From a virus: a DNA stretch of 64,000 nucleotides. The DNA is taken from IMG/VR virus record IMGVR_UViG_3300014911_000002, positions 25,380-89,379 of that record; one strand, written 5' to 3'. The notes under the pieces are model-generated. The model searched no databases and was not told the DNA's origin. It saw nothing but the letters and a program-made list of their open reading frames with translations. The position numbers and the translations under genes were made by a program. Within the stretch, counting starts at the first letter, position 1. Each line of letters begins with the position of its first letter. Positions 39,092-47,230 of this stretch are shown piece by piece.

Positions 39092-39227
39092 CCTCCTTCC
39101 ACCTCCAATTAGGAAATTATGCTTCCTCTTGAGGTTTTCATAGATTCATACCAAATTCTGTGATAGACACCTGCCTCATCCAATTCGTCTTTAATTTCCT
39201 CCTTCTTCCTCCTTCCCATGCTCTCAC

Positions 39228-39695
39228 CTATAGGATTAATAAATTTTCTTCCATTACTAATTTCCCATCTCTTTTAATTGGCATGCTAATTATGCAGGGT
39301 TGGGCTTGGCATGTTGCTAATCTATGATTGCTCCTAATTGCCAGATATATGCCTTTCAATTGTTTTAATTCGTTTTCGAGGCATCCAGCTACAAAGAATT
39401 TCGTTAAATCCCATCGCCTCTTTTCCAATTCGGGTTTTAATTCCTCGATAATCTCATCTGCGATTCTTTCAATTTCCTCTGGAGTCAATTCTTTTGATTT
39501 CGGTTTCCGTTTCATGCGGGTTTTAATTATATAGATTGCCTTTATACCTCTTTCGAACAATTCTTCAATTAGGTTTGGTGTGTCTGTGCCAATTTTCCTA
39601 TAGATTTTCATTAGAATTGGGTGTCGTTGGAGTATTTTGCCATATTCGGAATTCCACTTGCCTTCATCCAATTCAAATATTTTCTTTCCGCTCAT
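39228..39695 (-). CDS. Hypothetical early protein (probably leaderless, start MSGKK)
   Basis: ATG 39695 lies about 23 nt downstream of the TATA box. Confidence 0.65.
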   Translation of the reverse strand: MSGKKIFELDEGKWNSEYGKILQRHPILMKIYRKIGTDTPNLIEELFERGIKAIYIIKTRMKRKPKSKELTPEEIERIADEIIEELKPELEKRRWDLTKFFVAGCLENELKQLKGIYLAIRSNHRLATCQAQPCIISMPIKRDGKLVMEENLLIL

Positions 39696-39718
39696 GGTAG
39701 GATATGTGTTGCTCATGC

Positions 39719-39735
39719 TTTATATACTTTTCGCC
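39719..39735 (-). promoter_or_regulatory. Strong archaeal early promoter GGCGAAAAGTATATAAA
   Basis: BRE plus TATA; identical 17-mer at 40666-40682. Confidence 0.8.
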
Positions 39736-40114
39736 ATGTCGAATTAGAATAAAACGAATTCCTATGTGAACAAAACGTTATATCGTTATAGAACCCAAGC
39801 CAATTACGAATCTAAATCGCCCATTTAAACATATATAGAATTCTAGAATTCAAAGAAATCAAGGATTATGGAATAGATTTAAGGTTTATAGAGAAGGTAG
39901 GAAAGGAGAGGAAGAATTAAAAAGATTAAAAAAGAAGGGAGAGAGGTTTAGAGAAGGGAATTAAAGGAATTGTTGGGTTCTTGGTTTTGGAATTTGATTA
40001 AGTCATTCATATATTCAATCCCGTTACCCTGAATTATTTTTTATTCTTTTCCTGCTCTAACCACTTTTTAAATTCTTTCCATTCCTTTTCATCCATTATC
40101 ATTTCTCTCTCACC

Positions 40115-40333
40115 TCACAATTCAAAGAAATTTGTATCCTCAAGGTGCATGAATAAGAATATATTTGGCTCTCCATTCCTGAAATTTACTAATCCAGCCA
40201 TGAATGTTGTTTCGAGATGCCTAATTCTATAACAGAGGAATTTGTAGGCATCGGGAATTTTCTTTGATTTCTCGAATTCGTATAATTTCCACCCACCTGC
40301 TGATTTCAAATATTCTCGCAATTTTTCTATCAT
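40115..40333 (-). CDS. Hypothetical early protein
   Basis: 72 aa coupled to upstream gene. Confidence 0.55.
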   Translation of the reverse strand: MIEKLREYLKSAGGWKLYEFEKSKKIPDAYKFLCYRIRHLETTFMAGLVNFRNGEPNIFLFMHLEDTNFFEL

Positions 40334-40633
40334 TTATTCCACCTTCCTGCACAATTCCTGAATTTCGACTTCCTCAATATAATTGGTTTCCTCATCGAGA
40401 TACAGAATTCCTAGAAATTCCTTTCCGTCTTTTGCAATTTCCACGATTGCTCTATTTAATTTCGGGTCAATTCCTATTATTATCATTCCATCGGCTGTCT
40501 CAAAGAATTCTCTTATAATTTCTTCCTGCTCGGCTTCCACAATTTCCTTTATTCTGGCATAGGTAATTTCTAATTGGTTTATTCTCTGCTCTGTCGTTTG
40601 CCTCGCACCTTCCGACTTAATTTCCAATTCCAT
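40334..40633 (-). CDS. Hypothetical acidic early protein
   Basis: 99 aa, GGTGA RBS, downstream of promoter 40666-40682. Confidence 0.65.
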   Translation of the reverse strand: MELEIKSEGARQTTEQRINQLEITYARIKEIVEAEQEEIIREFFETADGMIIIGIDPKLNRAIVEIAKDGKEFLGILYLDEETNYIEEVEIQELCRKVE

Positions 40634-40665
40634 TCCCTATCACCAAGATGGCATAAGCATAGAGG

Positions 40666-40682
40666 TTTATATACTTTTCGCC
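40666..40682 (-). promoter_or_regulatory. Strong archaeal early promoter GGCGAAAAGTATATAAA
   Basis: Exact repeat of 39719-39735. Confidence 0.8.
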
Positions 40683-40744
40683 TCTCACAATTCCAATTAG
40701 GCAATTCTCGGGATGCACCAATTGAAAATCCAGAAATGCCCGTA

Positions 40745-40868
40745 TTAGGCTCATACGTGGACGTAGAGACGAGTTTGATTCTCACTAATACTCTACCATT
40801 CGGAATTAAAAAAAATCGCTCTACGGCGACGATAGACGCCTTTAAATTGAAATTTCGAGGGTATCCCA
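40745..40868 (+). repeat. Dispersed ~130-bp palindromic element, copy 4
   Basis: CGTAGAGACGAGTTT...TACCATTCG...CTCTACG...TAGACGCCTTTAAATTGAAATTTCGAGGG. Confidence 0.8.
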
Positions 40869-41010
40869 ACCCCCCCAATTACGAATTTGCCAAGCCGATT
40901 TGAATACGCCATAGAATTCTGAATTCCAAATATGAATCTGAATTCGCCATTTTGCGTATATAATTAATTGAGAATTGGAATTGGGCGAGGAAGTGAATTC
41001 ATGAGAATTA

Positions 41011-41045
41011 GAGAAAGGGTTACCTTCGGTAAACCGAGAGTTACC
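41011..41045. repeat. Left arm of inverted repeat pair (partner 41919-41952)
   Basis: GAGAAAGGGTTACCTTCGGT (41011-41030) is the exact reverse complement of 41933-41952. Confidence 0.85.
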
Positions 41046-41239
41046 TATTCATCGAGAAAATTCTATAAAAGGAGAGCGATAAAAATCGCCAAATAAAAAA
41101 AAATTACAAATCTCTTAAGATAAGCTCTAATTCCTTCTTAATCTCATCTCGTGTCATGCTATCGAGAAAGGTTATTAGTTTGAAGATTCTCATCCTTGTA
41201 TCCATATTATCACCCAAATAAAATAAAAAGAGGAAGATA

Positions 41240-41644
41240 TCACTCTTCCTCTTTAACCAATTCTTTTAGTATTGAAAGAAGTTCTTTTTTGGTCATGTTC
41301 TCTAACTTTCTTTTTCCTTTGAATTGGTTTATAATCGTTGCTTCTTTTTGTATTCCATACTTCTTTAGTATCTCCCAATTTTCCTTAAGCACTTTGCCCA
41401 ATTTCTCCTTTTCTATCTCCTTGTATATCTTTCCAAGTATTTTAGCTTGGTTTTTATCAAAGGGTTTAACAAGTGTCTTACTTGGGGGTATCCTAAAAAT
41501 CCACCCACCGTTTAGGGGGTAGATTTTCAGATACCCTCTAAATCTTTCTATTTTTGATATATTTCCAGATAGCTCTATGGTTGCTATCGGTGTGTCGGTG
41601 TCGTTGCTAGCTCCTACCTTTTGGGTTTGGGTTGTCTTACTCAT
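41240..41644 (-). CDS. Hypothetical Lys-rich protein (probably leaderless)
   Basis: 134 aa; GCAAAAGCTTTATAAA TATA box about 22 nt upstream. Confidence 0.65.
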   Translation of the reverse strand: MSKTTQTQKVGASNDTDTPIATIELSGNISKIERFRGYLKIYPLNGGWIFRIPPSKTLVKPFDKNQAKILGKIYKEIEKEKLGKVLKENWEILKKYGIQKEATIINQFKGKRKLENMTKKELLSILKELVKEEE

Positions 41645-41666
41645 GATTGAGAGAATATATTGTGGG

Positions 41667-41721
41667 TTTATAAAGCTTTTGCAACCTTCTGGCTTAACTC
41701 GGTAAAAGTTCTGGCTTAACT
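41667..41721 (-). promoter_or_regulatory. BRE-TATA promoter with two upstream direct repeats TTCTGGCTTAACT
   Basis: 13-mer at 41687-41699 and 41709-41721 (22-bp period) adjacent to the BRE. Confidence 0.65.
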
Positions 41722-41918
41722 ATATGAATCATCTCACTTGACAGCTTAAAAAGTTAAGGCATCGGCTTAAAAAATTAAGCTTCGATAATCGAGATGTCTG
41801 TAAACGTCTAATATTGAAAAATAAACTTTCAAAATTGAATAGTTAAGATCTCGGCTTTCCATAAAATTCAAAATTATAATTCTCCCAAGATAAATTTGTT
41901 CCATGCAGTCTATATGGA

Positions 41919-41952
41919 GTAACCGACGGTAAACCGAAGGTAACCCTTTCTC
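41919..41952. repeat. Right arm of inverted repeat pair
   Basis: GTAACCGACGGTAAACCGAAGGTAACCCTTTCTC. Confidence 0.85.
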
Positions 41953-42096
41953 CATATAATTAGCATAAATTGAGATTAAATTCAATTATCAAATTTTCGT
42001 GCTTAGTCCCTCCACAGCGCGATAACGGAATTCAAATTCGCTCCTCCCTACCTCCTCATACCTCCTTCTGTAACGAAATCGCCCTCTTCCCTGCCT

Positions 42097-42195
42097 AAAG
42101 GTATATAAAGGAGAAGTCGTATAAGTATATAAACTTTTTCCTATCTATAAGGAGAAAATCATCCTTTTCCCTGAAATCACGAAACGTATATATAA
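42097..42195 (+). promoter_or_regulatory. Cluster of TATA boxes upstream of the morphogenesis arm
   Basis: AAAGGTATATAAAG (42097-42110), AAGTATATAAAC, CGAAACGTATATATAA (42180-42195). Confidence 0.6.
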
Positions 42196-42359
42196 TTAAT
42201 GGAGAAAGACGTTTAAGAAAGGAGCGCCGGAAGAGCCGGCGGGTAGAGGGTGGGTATGAGACCACCTTTTCTGATCGGGTAAGTCCACATCGGTTATTTG
42301 TGTACCGGATGGTGCACTACATGCTGAACCGATGTGGGTCCGATAATTGGTGAGTAAAG

Positions 42360-42923
42360 ATGGCTAACGTAAACAAAATAGTCAAATACGGTTTAGAAGA
42401 GGAAGTTCTTGCCCTGCGAAATAGAAATCCTCCGCTGTCCTATCGTGAGATAGTTGACTATATCAAAGTGACTCATCCTGACATACCTGAGCTTCAAAAC
42501 CTTTCAGTGATGTCAATTAAACGTTTCTTGGAATCTAAAGAGCGTGAGAAAGTAGAAGATGCTATAGATAAAGGCGAAGATGTCACCTCTAAACTTTACA
42601 AGGAGTTTCGTGCAAAGATGCAGGATCTTGTATTGCAAATTGAACATCTGCAAAAATTAACAGAACCATTGATAGAAGAAGCTCTCGAAAATAAAGATAT
42701 TCATACGCTATTGAGGCTTCTTAAGGAACAAAGAGAAAACATTGAACAGATACGAAAAAATATGGTTGCAATTATGAACTATCAGGAAAACAGGTTTAGA
42801 CCGATAATGCAAGTTCAGGAAATGAGAGTAGTAAATATTCGAAATATCCTACTTGACTTTTCAAAACATTTATGTCCTCATTGTAGAAAGAAAGTTGCAA
42901 AACTTGTGGAGGAGGTCGAATGA
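42360..42923 (+). CDS. Probable terminase small subunit
   Basis: N-terminal HTH-like LSYREI...LSVMSIKRF, coiled coil; first gene of the arm, upstream of TerL. Confidence 0.55.
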   Translation: MANVNKIVKYGLEEEVLALRNRNPPLSYREIVDYIKVTHPDIPELQNLSVMSIKRFLESKEREKVEDAIDKGEDVTSKLYKEFRAKMQDLVLQIEHLQKLTEPLIEEALENKDIHTLLRLLKEQRENIEQIRKNMVAIMNYQENRFRPIMQVQEMRVVNIRNILLDFSKHLCPHCRKKVAKLVEEVE

Positions 42924-43177
42924 AGAACAAAAAACTTGTTCAGGTTCCGGTACCCGCATATAAACTTTCGAAATCTGTGGAGAAGTGGTTATATGGATTC
43001 TTTACAACAATTATCGTCGCAGCATTATCATACTTCGTTGCAAATCACTCTGTGCTAAGCAAAGAATATCCGCAATATGCGTTTTTCATAGCAGCAGCTG
43101 TAGGTTTTGCAAGATTTGTTTTGAACTACCTGAAACACAAAGAGGATATTGATTTCATCGAAATAGAATCAGAGTGA
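42920..43177 (+). CDS. Two-TM holin-like membrane protein
   Basis: Two hydrophobic helices ending ARFVLNYLKH. Confidence 0.55.
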   Translation: MKNKKLVQVPVPAYKLSKSVEKWLYGFFTTIIVAALSYFVANHSVLSKEYPQYAFFIAAAVGFARFVLNYLKHKEDIDFIEIESE

Positions 43178-43229
43178 ATCCGATAATATTAGTATGTCCG
43201 ATGTTCAAAGAGATTAAAAGAGGTGACAT

Positions 43230-43403
43230 ATGGTAGACGGAGAAAAATTCTTCAAGACGATCGCAATACCGGTAATAGGCGGTATACTAGGAGCTTTCCT
43301 GGGAACCATAATAGGTGACCTCACCTTTGTGCCGCTGACGGCTGCAGAGTGGGGCCCAGTCGGCTTTTTGGTAGGCCTGCTTGCCCCATTCTTGGGTAAG
43401 TAG
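43230..43403 (+). CDS. 57-aa glycine-zipper membrane protein
   Basis: Not in ORF track; GAGGTGA RBS; MVDGEKFFKTIAIPVIGGILGAFLGTIIGDLTFVPLTAAEWGPVGFLVGLLAPFLGK. Confidence 0.7.
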   Translation: MVDGEKFFKTIAIPVIGGILGAFLGTIIGDLTFVPLTAAEWGPVGFLVGLLAPFLGK

Positions 43404-43467
43404 TAATGCCGTCTCAGGCGGCTAACTTTCATGTTTTACTGTCCTCCTGTTAATTTTTTAGATTTAT

Positions 43468-44913
43468 ATGGATGAATATTTCAGGAAAGTCTTAAGATAT
43501 GCAAACGACCCAGTTGCGTTCGCTCGCGATATAATTGGCATTACTGTTAAAAAATTTCATGCTGAATGGTTACGGGCGTTTGAACGCCACAAATATCTCA
43601 TATTGCTTGCTCCAAGAGACCATGGGAAAACCGTTATAGTAGGAACATATATCATTTGGAGAATTGTTAGGGACCCAGATGTCAGGATTCTTATTTGTAC
43701 AGTAAATCAATCGAAAGCTAGTGACATGATGTTTTTCATTCAATATCATCTTGAACATAATGAGAAGCTCATTGAGTATTTCGGTGAACAAAAAGGCGAT
43801 GGGGAATGGTCGAAGACGGAATTGAGGGTCAAGCGGAGAGGAAAAACTGGAATGGCCTTTCAGACACCAACACTTCAGGTTCTTGGTGTTGGTTCATCTA
43901 TGATTTCAGCTCACTATGATTTAATTATCCTTGACGATGTTGTGGATGAAAACAATTCCAAGACTCGATATAGAAGGGAAGCATTGGAATCATGGTACAA
44001 TTCAACGCTTATGGAGATGCTCGTTCCAACTGGTCAGATAATAGTGATTGGAACTAGGTGGCATGAAGATGATCTCTATAATTATCTTGCCAAAAAACCC
44101 GGATATGTTGTAAAGGTTTACAAAGCCATCATTAAGGAACGTACTGAGGACCAAGAGCCTGTAGTTCTTTGGCCGGAACGATATCCTTATGATGATGAGC
44201 AAGCTAAGAAATTGGGTTTACCCGAAGGAATTAAAACCCTTAAATTCATTCGTGAACACATTGGTGAGACAAAATTTGCAATGCAGTATCAGAACGAAAT
44301 TCGCAAATTTGAGGGTTCAAAAATTAAGCCGGATTGGATTGATGCCGCAATAGAACGTTGGAGAAAATTGGATGTAATCCCTGGGAATCTTAAGCGATAT
44401 ATTGGGGTTGACTTCGCTTCACCTGGCAAAGAAACTGATTATTTTGTCATTTGTGTTATCGGAATCGATGAGTATTCCGATATTTATGTCCTCGATTGTT
44501 TGAGGACAAAAGCCTCTTTATTCAGACAATTCGAGCTCATCAAAGAAATGGATGCTCGATGGAACCCAGTAAAAATCGGACTAGAGGCGACAGCTCAACA
44601 GAAGATAATAACAGACCAGCTGCAAGAAATTTCAACTATGCCTATAGTTCCAATAAAATCATCACATGTGAATGACAGAGATACGCGCGTTGATCGCTTA
44701 TCGATATTGTTTGAAACAAATAGAATCTATCTCAATCCTGAATTAGGACATCTCATTGATGAGTTATATGCATATCCGAGATCTGCACACGATGATTGTA
44801 TTGATGCGTTGACATTTGCAATACAAGCGGCATCATCTGGGAAGCCTGTAGATTGGAAATGGGTGGTGAATACTACTAAAACATCTAAGCTTTGGAATGT
44901 CAAGCTCATGTAG
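43468..44913 (+). CDS. terL: Terminase large subunit
   Basis: APRDHGKT Walker A, IILDD Walker B, GTRWH, GVDFA and HDDCIDA nuclease motifs. Confidence 0.95.
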   Translation: MDEYFRKVLRYANDPVAFARDIIGITVKKFHAEWLRAFERHKYLILLAPRDHGKTVIVGTYIIWRIVRDPDVRILICTVNQSKASDMMFFIQYHLEHNEKLIEYFGEQKGDGEWSKTELRVKRRGKTGMAFQTPTLQVLGVGSSMISAHYDLIILDDVVDENNSKTRYRREALESWYNSTLMEMLVPTGQIIVIGTRWHEDDLYNYLAKKPGYVVKVYKAIIKERTEDQEPVVLWPERYPYDDEQAKKLGLPEGIKTLKFIREHIGETKFAMQYQNEIRKFEGSKIKPDWIDAAIERWRKLDVIPGNLKRYIGVDFASPGKETDYFVICVIGIDEYSDIYVLDCLRTKASLFRQFELIKEMDARWNPVKIGLEATAQQKIITDQLQEISTMPIVPIKSSHVNDRDTRVDRLSILFETNRIYLNPELGHLIDELYAYPRSAHDDCIDALTFAIQAASSGKPVDWKWVVNTTKTSKLWNVKLM

Positions 44914-44944
44914 TCATGTTTCCCAAAGAAAAGGGGGGTGTTGA

Positions 44945-45193
44945 ATGGACCAAATATTTATAGGCGGAAAGCCACTAGCCAGCTATGTAACAGCTGGTCT
45001 GATATCGATAAGCAAAAACAAGTCTGTTAAGATTGTTGGAAGAGGAAGACATGTAAAGACAGCAATAGACGTTGCAGAGATCCTGAAAAGACATATGAAG
45101 AATCCAGAAACAAAAGTAGAGATAGGCTCTGAGCAATTTGACGAGAGGTACGTATCGACAATAGAAATCGAGTTGGTTGAAAAGGGCGAATAA
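44945..45193 (+). CDS. albA: Alba DNA/RNA-binding chromatin protein
   Basis: IFIGGKPLASYV, KIVGRGRHVKTAIDVAEI, VEIGSE...VSTIEIEL. Confidence 0.88.
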   Translation: MDQIFIGGKPLASYVTAGLISISKNKSVKIVGRGRHVKTAIDVAEILKRHMKNPETKVEIGSEQFDERYVSTIEIELVEKGE

Positions 45194-45197
45194 ATAT

Positions 45198-46451
45198 ATG
45201 GCTCTATTCCGCAATCCTTTCTCCGGTAAAAGAATTTCTGTATTTGAGCGAGATGATGGTAGCCCCAAAACTCTAGTTTATACATCAGGGAGGAGAAGCC
45301 CTCTATTTTCCTCTCGCGGTAGGAGTCTTTCCACACTCAATAAATACTGGCAGTTTTATGAAGGAGAAAGTACAGTATTCGCTGCGGTTAACGCCATAGC
45401 GTGGAACACAATTATGGTTGGCTTTACCATTCACTCTTCCGATGATAAGGCAGCTGCGCTTATCAGAGACTATGCCAAAAGATTGAGACTTCAGGCTCAT
45501 CTCCTTGATGCCATGATATATGCACTAGTCTTCGGAGATGCTTTCATAGAGAAAATTTATAATCGAAAGGGCGATATATCAAGATTGAAAAATGTTGATC
45601 CCAGAACGATGCAGATAAATTTCAACGAATATGGAGACATAGAAAGCTATCAGCAAGTAATTTCTACAAAGAAGGGCCCATTGATAGAACCTTCTAAAAT
45701 AATTCATCTTCGTCTTTTCCCAAGACCATCATCTCCATATGGTATATCTCTTCTAGCCGCTTCTGTTGATACAATAGAAAGGAAGATTAGAACCGATGAA
45801 GCCCTTACGATGGCGATGATTAGACACGGAACGCCCAAATACGATATAACCGTAAAGACACCAGAAGGAGGTCAAGTACCACCGGAAAGTGTGCTTGAAC
45901 AGATATCAGAGAAGCTATCAAATCTGCACGAGGAAAATGAGGTTGTCCATCCAGATGTAATAGAGATAGATACGATAGACGAACGCGGTATCCCAGGTGT
46001 AGAAGAATATTATAACTATTTCCAGACTCAGTTGGTTATTGGTCTACTCTGTCCTGAAGAAGCATTAGGTCTTGGTCGGGGTTCGACAGAGGCAACTGCC
46101 AGAATTAAAGCGGTCATGTTTGAGAGAATGATTAAATCATTCCAAATGAGAATCTCCGAAATTATAGAGCAAGAGCTTTTTAATGAAATACTCGAGAAAA
46201 ATGGTTTCGAACCAAATACTGTTTCTATGAGATTTAGAAGTGTTACAGAGGAAGATGAAGCAACGAAGGCCAAATGGCTCGGCAATCTTCTTCGTGGTTA
46301 TTCCAGACGTGAGGCTATGCCGTTTACAATTAATGAAATAAGAGCCATGTTCGGCTTCCCCCCAATTGAGGAAGGCGATATGTTGATAAACCCACCTTTA
46401 ATAAAAAAGAGTGAAGATGACGACGAAGACGTTGCACCTTCCGCTGATTAA
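45198..46451 (+). CDS. Portal protein
   Basis: FGDAFIE, IIHLR...PYGISLL, TINEIRAMFGFPPIEEGD; follows TerL. Confidence 0.9.
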   Translation: MALFRNPFSGKRISVFERDDGSPKTLVYTSGRRSPLFSSRGRSLSTLNKYWQFYEGESTVFAAVNAIAWNTIMVGFTIHSSDDKAAALIRDYAKRLRLQAHLLDAMIYALVFGDAFIEKIYNRKGDISRLKNVDPRTMQINFNEYGDIESYQQVISTKKGPLIEPSKIIHLRLFPRPSSPYGISLLAASVDTIERKIRTDEALTMAMIRHGTPKYDITVKTPEGGQVPPESVLEQISEKLSNLHEENEVVHPDVIEIDTIDERGIPGVEEYYNYFQTQLVIGLLCPEEALGLGRGSTEATARIKAVMFERMIKSFQMRISEIIEQELFNEILEKNGFEPNTVSMRFRSVTEEDEATKAKWLGNLLRGYSRREAMPFTINEIRAMFGFPPIEEGDMLINPPLIKKSEDDDEDVAPSAD

Positions 46452-46941
46452 ATTTGAAACTGGTCCAAAATATCTTGCAAAATCTGCTGATTGGCGAATA
46501 TATAATGATGCCGTAATTCTTGCTCCAGGTGTATGGACAGATGCGGCATCGAATCTCAAGACGTATTTTCCTCCAGAGGAGTTGAAGAAGGCAGCAACTA
46601 GATGGAAGGTAAACTATCTCAATGTGAATCATGAAATAAGAAATCCCCTTCTTAGAATAGGGTATGTCAAAAATACTTATTGGGATGGCGAGCGAATAAG
46701 AGGCGACCTTTATATTCTACCGACAACCACTGCAGGCAGGGACATCATCTCGCTTATAGATGCCAATATGGTTAATTGGCTTTCGCCAGAGCTGATATCT
46801 GAAGATAAATGGGACTCAAAGAAAGGCATTCATGTGGCTACAGACATTGAATTTATTGGATGCGCAGTGGTTTTACATCCTGCTTGTCCGAAGGCAAAAA
46901 TAAGAGAGGAATTTGCAGATTATGTCGGATATTTCTATTGA
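46417..46941 (+). CDS. Prohead-protease-like protein (DUF2213/XkdF-like fold)
   Basis: ILAPGVW...EELKKA...NVNH...IGYV...LSPE...AVVLHPAC. Confidence 0.55.
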   Translation: MTTKTLHLPLIKFETGPKYLAKSADWRIYNDAVILAPGVWTDAASNLKTYFPPEELKKAATRWKVNYLNVNHEIRNPLLRIGYVKNTYWDGERIRGDLYILPTTTAGRDIISLIDANMVNWLSPELISEDKWDSKKGIHVATDIEFIGCAVVLHPACPKAKIREEFADYVGYFY

Positions 46942-47230
46942 TGGCCCAATACGAGTAAAGGGATGCCCATATTGCGAACTTCTGAATGACGATTCCAACA
47001 TAGTTTACAAACCACGCAAAAACCTGGACGAATGCTCATTTGTTATAGTTAAGTGTCCACTTACCGGGAAAGATGTTGTAGTCGCTTCAGAACATGTAGA
47101 AACATTACCTCGTGGCATTTACAATCTTGCTATATATCATGCAAAGAAATATAAAAATACGAATGTAGGTATTAAAGTCGATCGAAAACGTGTGTCCGAT
47201 CATTGGCACGCTTACATTGAATTGATATAA
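46922..47230 (+). CDS. HIT-like zinc protein
   Basis: N-terminal CPYC, H at SEHV, C-terminal DHWHAY (degenerate HxHxH). Confidence 0.45.
   Translation: MSDISIDGPIRVKGCPYCELLNDDSNIVYKPRKNLDECSFVIVKCPLTGKDVVVASEHVETLPRGIYNLAIYHAKKYKNTNVGIKVDRKRVSDHWHAYIELI

Noticed and set aside
39880-40110. Purine/pyrimidine-skewed tract as a special repeat
   Set aside because: No unit periodicity; adequately explained as a T/C-rich archaeal terminator region on the minus strand
3243-40868. CRISPR array or mini-array from the GTAGAGACGAG repeats
   Set aside because: Copies are kilobases apart and internally inverted, not direct repeats with 30-40-bp spacers; no cas genes
340-41522. Plus-strand ORFs in the left arm (e.g. 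1860..2351, 6558..7091, 17617..18060)
   Set aside because: Antisense shadows of well-supported minus-strand genes, with no RBS or motifs
41767-41985. 72-aa minus-strand ORF in the control region
   Set aside because: Non-ATG start, no RBS, and overlaps the inverted-repeat site
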